From the NCBI GenBank assembly GCA_964291285.2, contig OZ219785.1, forward strand, positions 416,001 to 480,000: a stretch of DNA of 64,000 nucleotides, read 5' to 3'. The stretch is from Alphaproteobacteria bacterium (GTDB lineage: Bacteria > Pseudomonadota > Alphaproteobacteria > Bin95). Below the pieces are notes generated by a model. That model saw only the letters and a program-made list of their open reading frames with translations, did not search any database and had not been told where the DNA came from. Below are positions 7,701 to 17,004 of the stretch, piece by piece. Made by a program: the position numbers and the translations under genes. Position 1 is the first letter of the stretch. Each line of letters starts with the position of its first letter.

Positions 7701-10669
7701 GCCGCCGTGGCGTCGCTCGTGATCCGCAGCGTCCCCGCATACGCCTTCGTCAGCGCCACCGTGTAGGTCGCCGTGGAACCGGGCGCCACCGTCACCGGCG
7801 TCCCGGTCAGCGTGAGCGCCGCCGTGGTGTCGTCCTTGAAGGTCACCGTACGGATGTTCGACCAGGGACCCTGAAGGTTGCCCGTTCCCCCGGCGACACC
7901 CGCCATGCGATAGCCCGTTGCCCGAACCCGGACCTCGACCGATGCCCCGTCAGGATAGTTCAGCAGAAGCCGATTGCTGCGAGAGCCCGGGTTCTGTCTG
8001 GCACTGGCCTGGTTGAGACTGCGATCCGTCCAGGCGGTTTCGCCCTTCAGCCGGGTCTGCGCTCTCCACCAATGGAACTTGGCCGCGTCTTTCACATAGT
8101 CGTCCGCATCCGACAACTCGTTCGAGCCGCCGGCATGGGTCCAGGTCAGGTCGATCTGCCCGTTCGTCGTCGAGGTCGCCGCCGTCAGCACCGGGGCCGC
8201 CGGATCGGTCTTCGCCGTCACCTCGTCCGACCACACCGACTGCACCCCGGGACTGACCGCCGCAAACAGGCGGAACGTGTAGTCCGTCCCCTTCGTCAGC
8301 CCCGTCACCCGGACGCTCGTCCTGCTTCTGCCCGTGACCGTCGTGGTCGTGTTCCAGCCCCCCGTGCTCTTGTACTGGTAGCCCCAGCTCGTTATCGGAA
8401 TGCCCGACAGGCCGCTCCAGCTCAGGGTGACCGAGGCATCGCCTCCTGCCGCCGTCAGGACCGGCTTGGGAACCGTGTTCGTCGGCGTCGCCTTCACCTG
8501 GTCCGACCACACCGACTGCACACCGGGACCGACCGCGGCGAACAGCCGGAACGTGTATTCCGTGCCGATCGTCAGTCCCGTCACCGTGGTGCTCGTCGTG
8601 CTGCCGCCCGTGACCGTCCGGGTCCTGATCCAGCTGCCGCCCGCGGGCTTGTACTGATAACCCCAGCTCGCAACCGTCACACCCGACAAGGCGCTCCAGC
8701 TCAGGGTGACCCTGGCGTAACCCGGTTCGGCGCTCAGCACCGGCTTGGGAACCGCCGCCGACGCCGACGGCGTCGCCTCCACCACCGCCGACGCGGCGCC
8801 GTTGCCGCCGCTGTTCCGCGCCCGGATGCGGAAGCGGTACTCGCTGTCGTTGTTCAGACCCGTCACCGTGTGGGTCGTGGTGTCCGCGTCCGAACCGGAA
8901 ATCGCGGCCCAGCTGCCCCAGGCGGCGCTGCCCTTCCTCTGCTGCACCCGATACCTCGTGATCGAATCGTCGTCCGGATCGGTCCACGTCAGCTTCACCT
9001 GACGGTTGCCCGCCTCCGCCGACAACCCCGTCGGCGCCGCGGGGACGGCGACGGTGGGGGGATCGTCGTCGTCGGTGATGGTCAGAGTGAGTTTGCCGGC
9101 GGTCCAGCCGGACTTGTAACCAAGCAGCTTGATGGTCTCGTTCGGCTCGTCCCGGGTGTCGCCGAGAATGCGAAGGGTCCTCGTGCCCTCGGTCTCGCCT
9201 GCGGCGATGGAGACCGAAGCGTCACTGTTCGGCCAGCACCAGTCGGTATCCGCCGGGTTCAGGGGCGCGGTGCACTGGTCGCTCCCCTTGTTGGAGCCTT
9301 GGGCCGTGCCGGTGGTGATGTCAGAACCAAGTGTGATCGAAAAGTCCGCCGGCGCCGCCTCGCCGAGCGTGGCGGTCACCGTCACGTCCGTCGAACCGGA
9401 GTTGCCCTCGGTGATCGAGGTCGAGGTAGCCGACAAGGTGATCGTCTTCGTGGAAGCGGCCGCGAGGGTTGTGCCGGTGGCTTTTACGATGACGCCCGGA
9501 GGGCAGACCGCAGAAGGATTATAAGTAGAATGGGTCGCTGTAAGACTGATCTCATATTCGGTGTTGGCGTCCAGACCGGTCAGCGTGCGGCTGGTCGCGG
9601 CGGCATTCGAGATGGTGACAGAGGTCGAACTTTCCCCGGTCTTGCCGTAAGAAAACGTCCAGCCGTTGCGGAATACATCGGTCGGCGCCGTCCAGGTGAC
9701 GACAAACCCGTCCGAACGCGGCGCGAGGCTCAGGTTCGTCGGGCTGAGCACGGAAGGGCAGCTGTCCATAGGCGTCGCCGTCACCCAGCCCGTGGCGGCG
9801 CCGTCGCCGGAGGCGTTCACGGCGCGGATCATGAAACTGTATTCGGCGTCGTCTTCCAGCCCCGTTACCATGTGCCTCACGGTGTTCGCGCCCGAACCCG
9901 CCATGGCGGCCCAGGTGGCGCTGCCCTTTGCCGGTGTCTTGGCGTAGCGCAGCTTGTAGCCGGTGATCGTGCCGGCCGGCTTGGTCCACGTCAGCAACAC
10001 CTGTGTGGTGCCGGCCCCCGTCGCCGTCAGACCCGTCGGCGCCGCGGGGACAGAAGCGGTGGTGCCGTCGTTGTCAGTGATGGTGAGAATGAGCGTGTTG
10101 CTGTTCTGCGTCCAGCCATCCGAACGTGCCAGACTGTTGGGCACAAGCCTCAGGGCGACGGTTTCCCCGGTTCCCTCATCGACCGTGTCGCCCAGTATGC
10201 CGATTCCGAAACTTCCATTCGTCCCGACGTTAACATTTACAAATGCGTTGTCGCTGAATACACCGGGATAACAGATATCCGCGCCGCTGGACGGAGCACT
10301 GCAAGATGTGGTGCCAACATTGGTGTTGTCGCTTGCCGTGCTGCTGGCGGCAACAAACTCAACGTCAAATCCCACTCTAGTTGGCGTGCCCTCCCCGAGC
10401 TTGACGTTGATCGTCACATCCTTCTTGCCGGAATCGCCCTCGGTGATCGTGGTTGACGCGGTCGATATGGTGACGGTCTTGGCGGCGCGCGCGTTTTCGG
10501 GTGCGGTGAGCACCACCAGCGCGAAGAAGACAAAGACGAATCCCGCCTTCAGGCGGCGGGCGGTTCTCCCGAGGGCGCCCACCGGCTCAGCCCCGCGCCC
10601 TGACTCTTGAGGGGGGGGGGGGGTACAACGAGTTCGGGTTCGCGCGCGCGTGAGGCGCTCACATCCCAC
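4757..10669 (-). CDS. Giant autotransporter adhesin with FN3 and Calx-beta-like repeats; true start possibly ATG 10719 across the poly-C tract
   Basis: Signal-like h-region ending ARA; repeated FN3 units (VPAAPTGL...W...Y.F.IRA.N); Calx-beta-like ITEGDSG units; C-terminal beta-barrel ending in RW. Confidence 0.9.
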   Translation of the reverse strand: MGCERLTRARTRTRCTPPPPQESGRGAEPVGALGRTARRLKAGFVFVFFALVVLTAPENARAAKTVTISTASTTITEGDSGKKDVTINVKLGEGTPTRVGFDVEFVAASSTASDNTNVGTTSCSAPSSGADICYPGVFSDNAFVNVNVGTNGSFGIGILGDTVDEGTGETVALRLVPNSLARSDGWTQNSNTLILTITDNDGTTASVPAAPTGLTATGAGTTQVLLTWTKPAGTITGYKLRYAKTPAKGSATWAAMAGSGANTVRHMVTGLEDDAEYSFMIRAVNASGDGAATGWVTATPMDSCPSVLSPTNLSLAPRSDGFVVTWTAPTDVFRNGWTFSYGKTGESSTSVTISNAAATSRTLTGLDANTEYEISLTATHSTYNPSAVCPPGVIVKATGTTLAAASTKTITLSATSTSITEGNSGSTDVTVTATLGEAAPADFSITLGSDITTGTAQGSNKGSDQCTAPLNPADTDWCWPNSDASVSIAAGETEGTRTLRILGDTRDEPNETIKLLGYKSGWTAGKLTLTITDDDDPPTVAVPAAPTGLSAEAGNRQVKLTWTDPDDDSITRYRVQQRKGSAAWGSWAAISGSDADTTTHTVTGLNNDSEYRFRIRARNSGGNGAASAVVEATPSASAAVPKPVLSAEPGYARVTLSWSALSGVTVASWGYQYKPAGGSWIRTRTVTGGSTTSTTVTGLTIGTEYTFRLFAAVGPGVQSVWSDQVKATPTNTVPKPVLTAAGGDASVTLSWSGLSGIPITSWGYQYKSTGGWNTTTTVTGRSRTSVRVTGLTKGTDYTFRLFAAVSPGVQSVWSDEVTAKTDPAAPVLTAATSTTNGQIDLTWTHAGGSNELSDADDYVKDAAKFHWWRAQTRLKGETAWTDRSLNQASARQNPGSRSNRLLLNYPDGASVEVRVRATGYRMAGVAGGTGNLQGPWSNIRTVTFKDDTTAALTLTGTPVTVAPGSTATYTVALTKAYAGTLRITSDATAAARVSPASLTFTTSNYSTARTVTVTGVANGTAVINHAFRLTGATADAIPDAGTVDVTVADTPGVTVSTAALTVAEGGSRTYTMRLNTPPTSDVTITVGGASGDVTVTGSPLTFTRTDWNQPQTVTVNAGTDTDTNTDPAVTLTHGASGGGYDSVTIADVVVSVAEKDAAPLKPAGLAGAAGNGSVTLSWTDPDNPTITKWQVRQKAGSGEWGEWEDIAGSGAGTTSHEVSGLTNGTAYQFEVRAVNGAGNGAGPDAPVTATPVAPAAPAPPSGGGGGGGGGTTPAADGSVTVTPTALRVSEGSSAAYTVVLDTEPSGDVTVTVGGASGDVTVEPASLTFTTTNWDTAQTVTVRAARDEDTVDDTATLTHGASGGGYGSVTIDPVAVTVTDTTLLPVLTLAQDPAAVTEGDDIRLTVTADRALTGSLSVNLTLAARNASGFDAGDVPGGLGPRSFDAVFGAAGRTTGVVTIPTAADADTEGAEAYRITLNDGAGYAVGSDATAAGVLRDRAPGSVSRANRVNAAVLPHVAAAAMSRTLGAVTDRIEAAASGRPGSSLRFGALPSSPVGHARAARSAPPRPEEHGPTLSEILDGASFTLAAGAGEDEAPPLAVWGRGEWLSLSGSEKDVTWDGGLWSAQLGADLRVRPDLLAGAALSHARGELDTRTTGAAGGRVKGVHETTITSVHPYAAWLLPDGSTLWASLGYGTGEVRIAEEGAPSRSADLTQWSASAGGRSVLVEDAELIGGGMTRLAVKGEGSASRLRTGSDDGLAGLTARTTRLRLLLEGSYEHALAGGATLTPALEAGVRHDGGDVAEGAGLEAGAGVTWHDPAAGLTAELRARLLAAHEADRDEWGVSALVRLDPGADGRGTFLAFGPAHGRTESGLDRLFDHGLPAAASGTAPEGAESRLEAEVGHGFGLAGPGPLAVLTPWAGLSLAETGGRTLRLGARYRLGAGLSLGLEGAHRPGPAPEDSLMLRGALRW
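10611..10623 (-). repeat. C13 homopolymer in the autotransporter 5' coding region
   Basis: 13 consecutive G on the + strand. Confidence 0.9.
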
Positions 10670-10839
10670 CCGAAGAGCCGCAGGTCATGCATCCCGATAT
10701 CGCCCGGCATCCGCGTCATGACCTCATCCTCCCGTCCCGAATTCCAAGCATGCGCCGCGCCCGCAGGACCGCAGCGAACCCGCCGGTGCAACCCATAACC
10801 CGTTCGCAGGCCGGTTTCAATGCGCGCTGTGCCCGATAG

Positions 10840-11003
10840 CCCGCCATCGGCAAGATGGCGGGCGTGGCCCAGCGGTACCAGTGTGGATGGCATTGCACGA
10901 CGCCCATCTCGCCGACCGTGATATCGAAGCCGCCGCGGAATACATCGGGCAGGTGTAGGTGATCGCGCGGGCCATGGCGGGTCAACCGCGAAAGCGTCGG
11001 TGA
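10840..11003 (+). pseudogene. Tyrosine-recombinase (integrase) C-terminal remnant
   Basis: PAIGKMAG, then (frameshifted) MALHDAHLADRDIEAAAEYIGQV*VIARAM. This resembles the integrase tail LPxIGKLLGH...TxRYAHL with the catalytic Tyr position now Asp and an internal stop. Confidence 0.55.
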
Positions 11004-11113
11004 CAGCAGGGTATGGGCTGCGGGTTCCGGGGGCAGGGAGCCTGAGGCCGGCATGGAGGTTACATGCCATGGTTCCTGCAAAGACGGGCCACGACAATAT
11101 CGTTTCAGGCCGG

Positions 11114-12001
11114 CTATATGGGCGCCGAGGTCAGCGCATCATTGAGTCTGGCGAGGTCATCGCGGTTCTCCTTCGGGGAGCGCAACTCGATGGCCCGCCA
11201 GGCGCTCTGGGCGGCAAGCGCGTCGATGACTCGCGGAAGGTCGCCGGCCGGCAACGACTCCTCTTCCCGTAGAAACAGGATCAGGCCGCCGAAAACATTC
11301 TCGGGACTGAGATAGCTGCGCCCGGAATGCATTTTTTCGGCGATAATCGCGTATCGGGGACCGGTCAGTATTTGCAGGATGTCGTCCCGTCCAATACCCA
11401 GCAATTCGGCCATCCGTTCGGCCCAGTGCAAGCGCCACCACGACTTCCCGAGCGGAAAATCGTCGAATACGACACGAGCACCCCGAGGCTCAGGATTGCA
11501 GAGTGAACGCAGTATACGCCGGACGCAACGGTCCCTTGCTTTCGCCGATGCGTCATCCTCCGCACTCAAGGCGTCCTCGATATTGGACAAGCCGGCTTCG
11601 TCATGCGTGTCGCTGGCATTCGCGGCCAACCACGACGCCTGGACAAGGCCACGCTCGACCATTTCCCGCATGACAACGCCCCAGAAGCAGACATCCGCAT
11701 ACAATTCCTCGTTCCCGCCTCCGTCAGCAAGCGCAAATCCCTCCCGGATCTCCTTTTGTGTCGTAGGCGGCGGCTCGATGAATTCGTGTTCGGAAAACCG
11801 ATAATCGAAATCCCCAAGCGCACTGCAACCTTCAATGCTGTCAACAGGCAGATAGTCGTCCATATATTCGAGAAATTCCTCCTTGGAGCAACAAGCTTCA
11901 AGAAATTCCCTTTGAGCCTGTTCGGTTCCTCCCTTGCTCAGCAGGACTCGTTTTCCGAAATCATGCCATTCTTGCTTCGGATAGCGCTTCCGCTGGCCCA
12001 C
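11114..12001 (-). CDS. Hypothetical protein (295 aa), last gene of the 4-gene operon; loosely DUF6339-like
   Basis: GTG start 3 bp after the upstream stop; Trp motifs CFWGVVM and LGKSWWRLHWA. The family resemblance is from memory only. Confidence 0.7.
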   Translation of the reverse strand: MGQRKRYPKQEWHDFGKRVLLSKGGTEQAQREFLEACCSKEEFLEYMDDYLPVDSIEGCSALGDFDYRFSEHEFIEPPPTTQKEIREGFALADGGGNEELYADVCFWGVVMREMVERGLVQASWLAANASDTHDEAGLSNIEDALSAEDDASAKARDRCVRRILRSLCNPEPRGARVVFDDFPLGKSWWRLHWAERMAELLGIGRDDILQILTGPRYAIIAEKMHSGRSYLSPENVFGGLILFLREEESLPAGDLPRVIDALAAQSAWRAIELRSPKENRDDLARLNDALTSAPI

Positions 12002-12004
12002 GGA

Positions 12005-12913
12005 TCAATCCTCGTCTTCGGTATCGTCGGTTTTCAAAATAGCGTATGGCCGCATTTTCGTTGCCGCCAGACTCGGGTTGAAGTCGTCCTCGTCCCAGAA
12101 CATGTCGGTCTTTTCCTTCAGATGCCTTCCGTGTGCGAGCAATATCCGATTGATTGCACCTTCCTCATCATCATCGTGCCCGTCGCCATTGTTACATGAC
12201 ATCTGCATATAGCTATAGATGGCGCAAAGTGCCTGGGTCAGAATTGCCGACCGCATGGCGTCCCGGCTTGTCGATGGCGTCGTCTCTGTGAACGCCCGTA
12301 ATTCATCATAAACATCGCTGGCGCAGTAAAGGATCACGGGTTTCTCGTCTTCCCTGGCGTGTTCGCGTACGACAGTTTTCATTTCCCCTTTCCCGAGTTC
12401 CGTGTCTGGAAACACATGGATAAGGCTGATGAGCGAATCGTCGTCGAAACTCAGCTTCGCATGACGACCGATGCGGGCATGGCGCGGAATGTCGATCCGC
12501 TCTCCCTCCTGCCAAAGGTCCGTCAGGCCGGATCCGGGATGGTTGACGATCAGTTGCCTGTCGTTTGTCGTAACGATGCCAGGGAACACTTCCGGGGTTT
12601 CAAGATATCGGATCGGGATGCCCTGCTTCGCCGACAACGTGTCGGGAGACTCATCCCATGAGCCATCGAATAGCCACGCTTCGCGGCGGGCGCCGTTGCG
12701 GAACAGCAGCCGCGTCGAAAAGCGCGCGTCGCCCGAGACTATCCAGTCCCGAACGAAGGATACGCCGGTCAGGCGGTGCTCGACCGTCAGCATCCTCGGC
12801 TGGCCGCACCGCGCACCGCTTATCGTCGCCGCCACCTCGTAACGAATACCGTCAGCGAAACCCGCCCCATCCTCGTCGAGGACGGGGAAATCGAGAGCGA
12901 CAATCTCCGTCAT
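12005..12913 (-). CDS. Hypothetical protein (302 aa)
   Basis: ATGA overlap with the ATPase stop; acidic, globular-looking sequence. Confidence 0.75.
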   Translation of the reverse strand: MTEIVALDFPVLDEDGAGFADGIRYEVAATISGARCGQPRMLTVEHRLTGVSFVRDWIVSGDARFSTRLLFRNGARREAWLFDGSWDESPDTLSAKQGIPIRYLETPEVFPGIVTTNDRQLIVNHPGSGLTDLWQEGERIDIPRHARIGRHAKLSFDDDSLISLIHVFPDTELGKGEMKTVVREHAREDEKPVILYCASDVYDELRAFTETTPSTSRDAMRSAILTQALCAIYSYMQMSCNNGDGHDDDEEGAINRILLAHGRHLKEKTDMFWDEDDFNPSLAATKMRPYAILKTDDTEDED

Positions 12914-14763
12914 TCCGCGTCCTCCGGTTTCGCAGCATCGCCTTCCGTCTCCGACGGTCGCTCCCGTTTCAGCGAAACCAGAGGAAGGACGCCGACCGTC
13001 ATGCCTTGCGCGCTGCCGGGCGGCAAAGCCAGCACCGCCTCTACAACCACCCGCGCGTGCTTGGCCAGCCTGCCCAACGGGACGGTCTGGTCGTTCAAGA
13101 TTTCCGTGCTTCCATTTACCAGAACACTCTCCGGAGTGAACCGGTCTCCGGCGATGCTGTCGTCCCTGTCTTCGGCGACGCAGAACGAAAGCATGGCGCT
13201 GTCCCTGGGGTGCGTGTCCTCAAGTGGCGTGATTCTCACACGAACCCGCAGCCTGTCCTCTCTCCGCTCCGCCCTGGCCTCGACCCTCGCCTCGGCCGGG
13301 CGTCCGAACATCGGCGGGCGCGGGCTGTTGCCACCTCCACCGCCGCCCCTTTTTCTTTGTCCCTTTCCGGGAGGGCTGATTCCGAACCTTTCCACGCGCT
13401 TGGCCCTGCGGTTTCCGCCGACTGCCGCATCCACAGAGTCAAAAATGGGCAACTCGAACCCCTCCCGTTCGATTTTCGGCAGGCGCTCCCGAACTTTACC
13501 AGCCAGCTCTGCGAGCAACTCCCGAAGCCGGCGTTCGTCCCCATTGTTGAGTTGTCCTCTGTTAAGGCTGTTATGGTATGGGCCTTCCGCAGCCTTGACC
13601 AAGCCGAACAGCTCCTTGCCTGCCTGCGCTTGATTGACATCTATCACCAAGGAAAAACGAGCCACATCCTCCGACTTGCGCAGAGTATCGAACTCCGACA
13701 CCAGCATGGAATCGTGTCGGGCGATGAGCATATCGCTGCGAATCAGGGCAACCGACGACGCCGAAATGTCCTCGGTGTGGATATAGATATTCACTCGATC
13801 ATCATTGCTCAATTGAATCTCGGTGGCACTCGAGTCCCGAACAGCCAGATATGACTGCCATGTATGGCTCCCGGAGAGAATTTCTCCTCTTCTTCTCTTT
13901 CTCCTTTGCCTGTCTCTACCCTCCATCAACACTTTCTCGATTATACCTTGGTCCAGAATGACATTATCCTTACGATTCTTCCTGTGAATACATACCGATA
14001 ATCTTTCGTGTAAAATGGCACTGAAGAAGTGATTTGCAATTGCTGTTTCAAAATCATCACCCCACTTATCCGACAAACCGAGAATTCCGATGATACTACC
14101 ATGTCCTCTATCTCCCATGGCACGCGCCATAAATTGTGGCATATCGTTCGGGTAATCAAAACAAGGGTTGGCCTCATCTTCGGGCTTTGAATTCAATATT
14201 CTCCCGACATTACCGCGTTTGGCATCGGTGTCCTGAAAACCGGCAAGAATGGGAACGCCGGTAAATAGTGTTGTTTCTTCTCTTCGGGAAGCATAAAGAA
14301 CATACCTTAGCGAAGACAGATCATACGCTTTGAGGTGACCGACCCCGAATGATCCGCCGCTGCCTTCCCGCTTGCTGCTGCGGTGTTCTATCAGGGAATC
14401 GAGTATTTTGCTGTCCATCCCATTGCCATTGTCGGTAAACAAGAGGACAGGAATTTTCTTTTTGTTCAGCTCCGACTCAATGTTCTCAACAATCATTTCC
14501 TGCTGACGTTTGTAAGCATTTAGTTCTTTTTGAGTTTCAACCGCTTTATGCAAATACTGTCTGTAACTGTCAATATGAGGAATATCGCCAATTGAAATTT
14601 CATCAATGGTAATTTCTACACGGCACTCCGTGCCATCTGTAGTTGCATCGAGAGAATTCTGCATCAGTTCCCGTATCGGGATATCCAGACCTTCCTGCCT
14701 GTCCGCAGTCGTACTGGAGGTAAAGCCGTCCATACTGCCGTAGGGGAAATAAAGTTCGGTCAT
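12910..14763 (-). CDS. GHKL (HATPase/MORC-like) ATPase, 617 aa
   Basis: Bergerat motifs IRELMQNSLDA, FTDNGNGMD and GGSFGVG; visibly AT-richer than its flanks. Confidence 0.85.
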   Translation of the reverse strand: MTELYFPYGSMDGFTSSTTADRQEGLDIPIRELMQNSLDATTDGTECRVEITIDEISIGDIPHIDSYRQYLHKAVETQKELNAYKRQQEMIVENIESELNKKKIPVLLFTDNGNGMDSKILDSLIEHRSSKREGSGGSFGVGHLKAYDLSSLRYVLYASRREETTLFTGVPILAGFQDTDAKRGNVGRILNSKPEDEANPCFDYPNDMPQFMARAMGDRGHGSIIGILGLSDKWGDDFETAIANHFFSAILHERLSVCIHRKNRKDNVILDQGIIEKVLMEGRDRQRRKRRRGEILSGSHTWQSYLAVRDSSATEIQLSNDDRVNIYIHTEDISASSVALIRSDMLIARHDSMLVSEFDTLRKSEDVARFSLVIDVNQAQAGKELFGLVKAAEGPYHNSLNRGQLNNGDERRLRELLAELAGKVRERLPKIEREGFELPIFDSVDAAVGGNRRAKRVERFGISPPGKGQRKRGGGGGGNSPRPPMFGRPAEARVEARAERREDRLRVRVRITPLEDTHPRDSAMLSFCVAEDRDDSIAGDRFTPESVLVNGSTEILNDQTVPLGRLAKHARVVVEAVLALPPGSAQGMTVGVLPLVSLKRERPSETEGDAAKPEDAE

Positions 14764-14775
14764 CGGCGTCAGGCG

Positions 14776-16020
14776 TCAATCCGTGCAATTGCAATCATCG
14801 TAGGATTCGTCCACCAGAAATTCGGCTTCCGGCATGGCTGGCGAGCAACCCGCAGCCTCTTTGGCGGCGTCCCGGATTGCCCCATAGACCGGCCCGCCGG
14901 CCGGCCCGAAGAAGCCGAAATGCGTGACGCTCTCGTGTGTCCTGTTGCGCTTCTCTTCAATGAGGTTACGGCCGTATCGTCCTTCCATCGCCGCCCACCA
15001 GTCAATCGATTCCGGGTTCGAGGCGTCCGAGGGGCACTCCCGAGCCAGCGTCATCAGGCTGGATCGGCCTTTCATCATGCAGAACACACAATTGCCGTAA
15101 CGCCCGTCGGGGGGCAGTCCGAGATCAAACTGCTGCAACTTCCAGAACGCCGTCACGGCTTCCCTGTCAATATCGCCTTCCACCAAGGGCGCACTGACGG
15201 CCTCGCCCGGCGGCTGGTCCCCCCAAGCCCGGCCCTTCCGCCTCTGGGCGCTGGCGATACGGGCCTTCATCTTGGCGAGCCTGTGCGCTTCATCGGCCCG
15301 GATGCCGAGACAGGATTCGAATCGTATCGCCTTCGGACCGAAAAGCCTTGCAGGCGGCGTCGCCCGCCACAAGTCAGGGACGGATGAGAAATCGGCGAAA
15401 CGCTGCGCGGGCCGGGTCAGCGGACAACTCCTCACATAGCATTTCTTGTCGAGTAGAATCGCTGGCGGCGTTCGACCGCGATTCCGTCTGTGCCCGGCGA
15501 GCAGGCTTTCGTCGGTGATGCGGGAGCCTGATCCGGAATGGCCCAGCCGCTTCGGACCGTCGCCGCGACCGAACCAGTCCGACAGGAACGCATTGGACGG
15601 GGCGACCTTCATCATTCGGGTGCAGAACCGGGCCTGTATCGAAGGCGTTGCGCACTCGTAGGACAGCATTTCCTCGAACACTTCGCCCCGGTGGCGATAC
15701 CCGGCCGGATTATCCGGCCCGAAGGGGCGTTCGTTCACCAGACGGTAGGCCGGGCGGCGCGCCCAGTCGCCGCGAACCGCATCTTCATAAGTGCAGAATT
15801 CGAGCCAGAAAAAGGGCAGGCCGCGGTTTTCCGCCAGAACCTTCAGGTGCCCCAGATAGTCGTAAGTCGCCGGATGCTCGGCAGAGGTGTTCGTGAAGAT
15901 GGCGACGTCGCCGCGCGATGGATCCAGGGCGCGCGCATCCAGCAGGCGCAGCAGCATCATGCCCGACGAACGCCCGCCTGAGACTTTCACGATCCTGGGT
16001 ACGTCCGGGCCTGTTTCCAT
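14776..16020 (-). CDS. PAPS-reductase-like PP-loop (adenine nucleotide alpha-hydrolase) protein with probable Fe-S cysteines
   Basis: SGGRSS PP-loop, FTNTSAEHPATY, RFCT, GIRADE, GNCVFC and C-terminal CNCTD; GGAGG RBS before ATG 16020. Confidence 0.85.
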   Translation of the reverse strand: METGPDVPRIVKVSGGRSSGMMLLRLLDARALDPSRGDVAIFTNTSAEHPATYDYLGHLKVLAENRGLPFFWLEFCTYEDAVRGDWARRPAYRLVNERPFGPDNPAGYRHRGEVFEEMLSYECATPSIQARFCTRMMKVAPSNAFLSDWFGRGDGPKRLGHSGSGSRITDESLLAGHRRNRGRTPPAILLDKKCYVRSCPLTRPAQRFADFSSVPDLWRATPPARLFGPKAIRFESCLGIRADEAHRLAKMKARIASAQRRKGRAWGDQPPGEAVSAPLVEGDIDREAVTAFWKLQQFDLGLPPDGRYGNCVFCMMKGRSSLMTLARECPSDASNPESIDWWAAMEGRYGRNLIEEKRNRTHESVTHFGFFGPAGGPVYGAIRDAAKEAAGCSPAMPEAEFLVDESYDDCNCTD

Positions 16021-16236
16021 GCGTCCAGTGCCTCCCATCGGAGACAGAACAATATGGTTCGACGATGAGCAACACAAATCGGGACTGACAGAACCATCTT
16101 TGGATTTCTGTTCGAGGCGGCCATCGCTCCTGAAGACCCGCGCGCGGCGCAGAACGACCGCCCCGCGGGCTGCCGTGACAAGACTGTCCTTGCGGACGAC
16201 TATGGGCGGACGGCCCATCCGGTCTAGGATGCGCGC

Positions 16237-16875
16237 ATGGTGGCGACGGTGACGAGCCTTTCGTCGGCGAGTTCGACGGTCCACTATTTCGAGCAGGACG
16301 GCTACTACGCGAAGAACGATCCGGAGCACCGCAAGGCGAGCTTCTGGCATGAGGAGCTGGCGCGGGCTGCCGGGTCTCGGGCGGCATGTTTCGCCGACGC
16401 TCTTCAACGCGATTCTTCAGGGTCATGTACCCGGCACGGATATCCGGCTGGGCCGGGTGCGCGACGGCGGGCGCCAGCACCGTCCGGGGGTGGACGTCAC
16501 GCTTTCGGCGCCGAAGTCGGTCTCGCTGGCGGCGCTGCTGCACGGTGACCGTCGGGTGATCCGCGCGCATGACGAGGCGGTGCGGGAGACGCTGGACCGG
16601 CTGGAGGCGGAGCTGCTGCAGACGCGGGGCTGGGACCCGGCGACGCGGCGGCGCTCGCGTGTGAAGGCGCACGGCATGATCGCGGCGACGTTCCGGCATC
16701 TTGCGAGCCGCAATCTGGACCCGCAGCTGCACACGCACTGCGTGGTGGCGAACATGTCCCGGAACGGTGCCGGGGAGTGGCGGAGCATCGAGGCGACGGC
16801 GATCCGCCGCAACAGGAAGCTGATCGGGGCGCATTACCGCAACGGGCTGGCGCGGCGTCTGGAGGCGTTCGGTCA
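16237..16875 (+). pseudogene. Truncated, frameshifted MobF/TrwC relaxase N-terminus
   Basis: YFEQDGYY, a +1 frameshift near 16350-16380, then TLSAPKSVS and DPQLHTHCVVAN; similarity to the 18168 relaxase stops after LARRLEAFG. Confidence 0.8.
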
Positions 16876-17004
16876 CGTTCGGGATTGCCGGATTCCCGGC
16901 GCTCGTCATGTCGTCCGTCGCAGCCTGCCACGGCAGATGAATTTTCCCCCCGCCTCGTCCATGCTGTCCGTTTACGGACGCATCGGCGAGGGGGAGCGGC
17001 GAAG

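Noticed and set aside
14776-16020. Assimilatory cysH, or a complete Dnd/Ssp system
   Set aside because: Lacks the CysH ECGLH tail, and there are no cys, dnd or ssp partner genes nearby.
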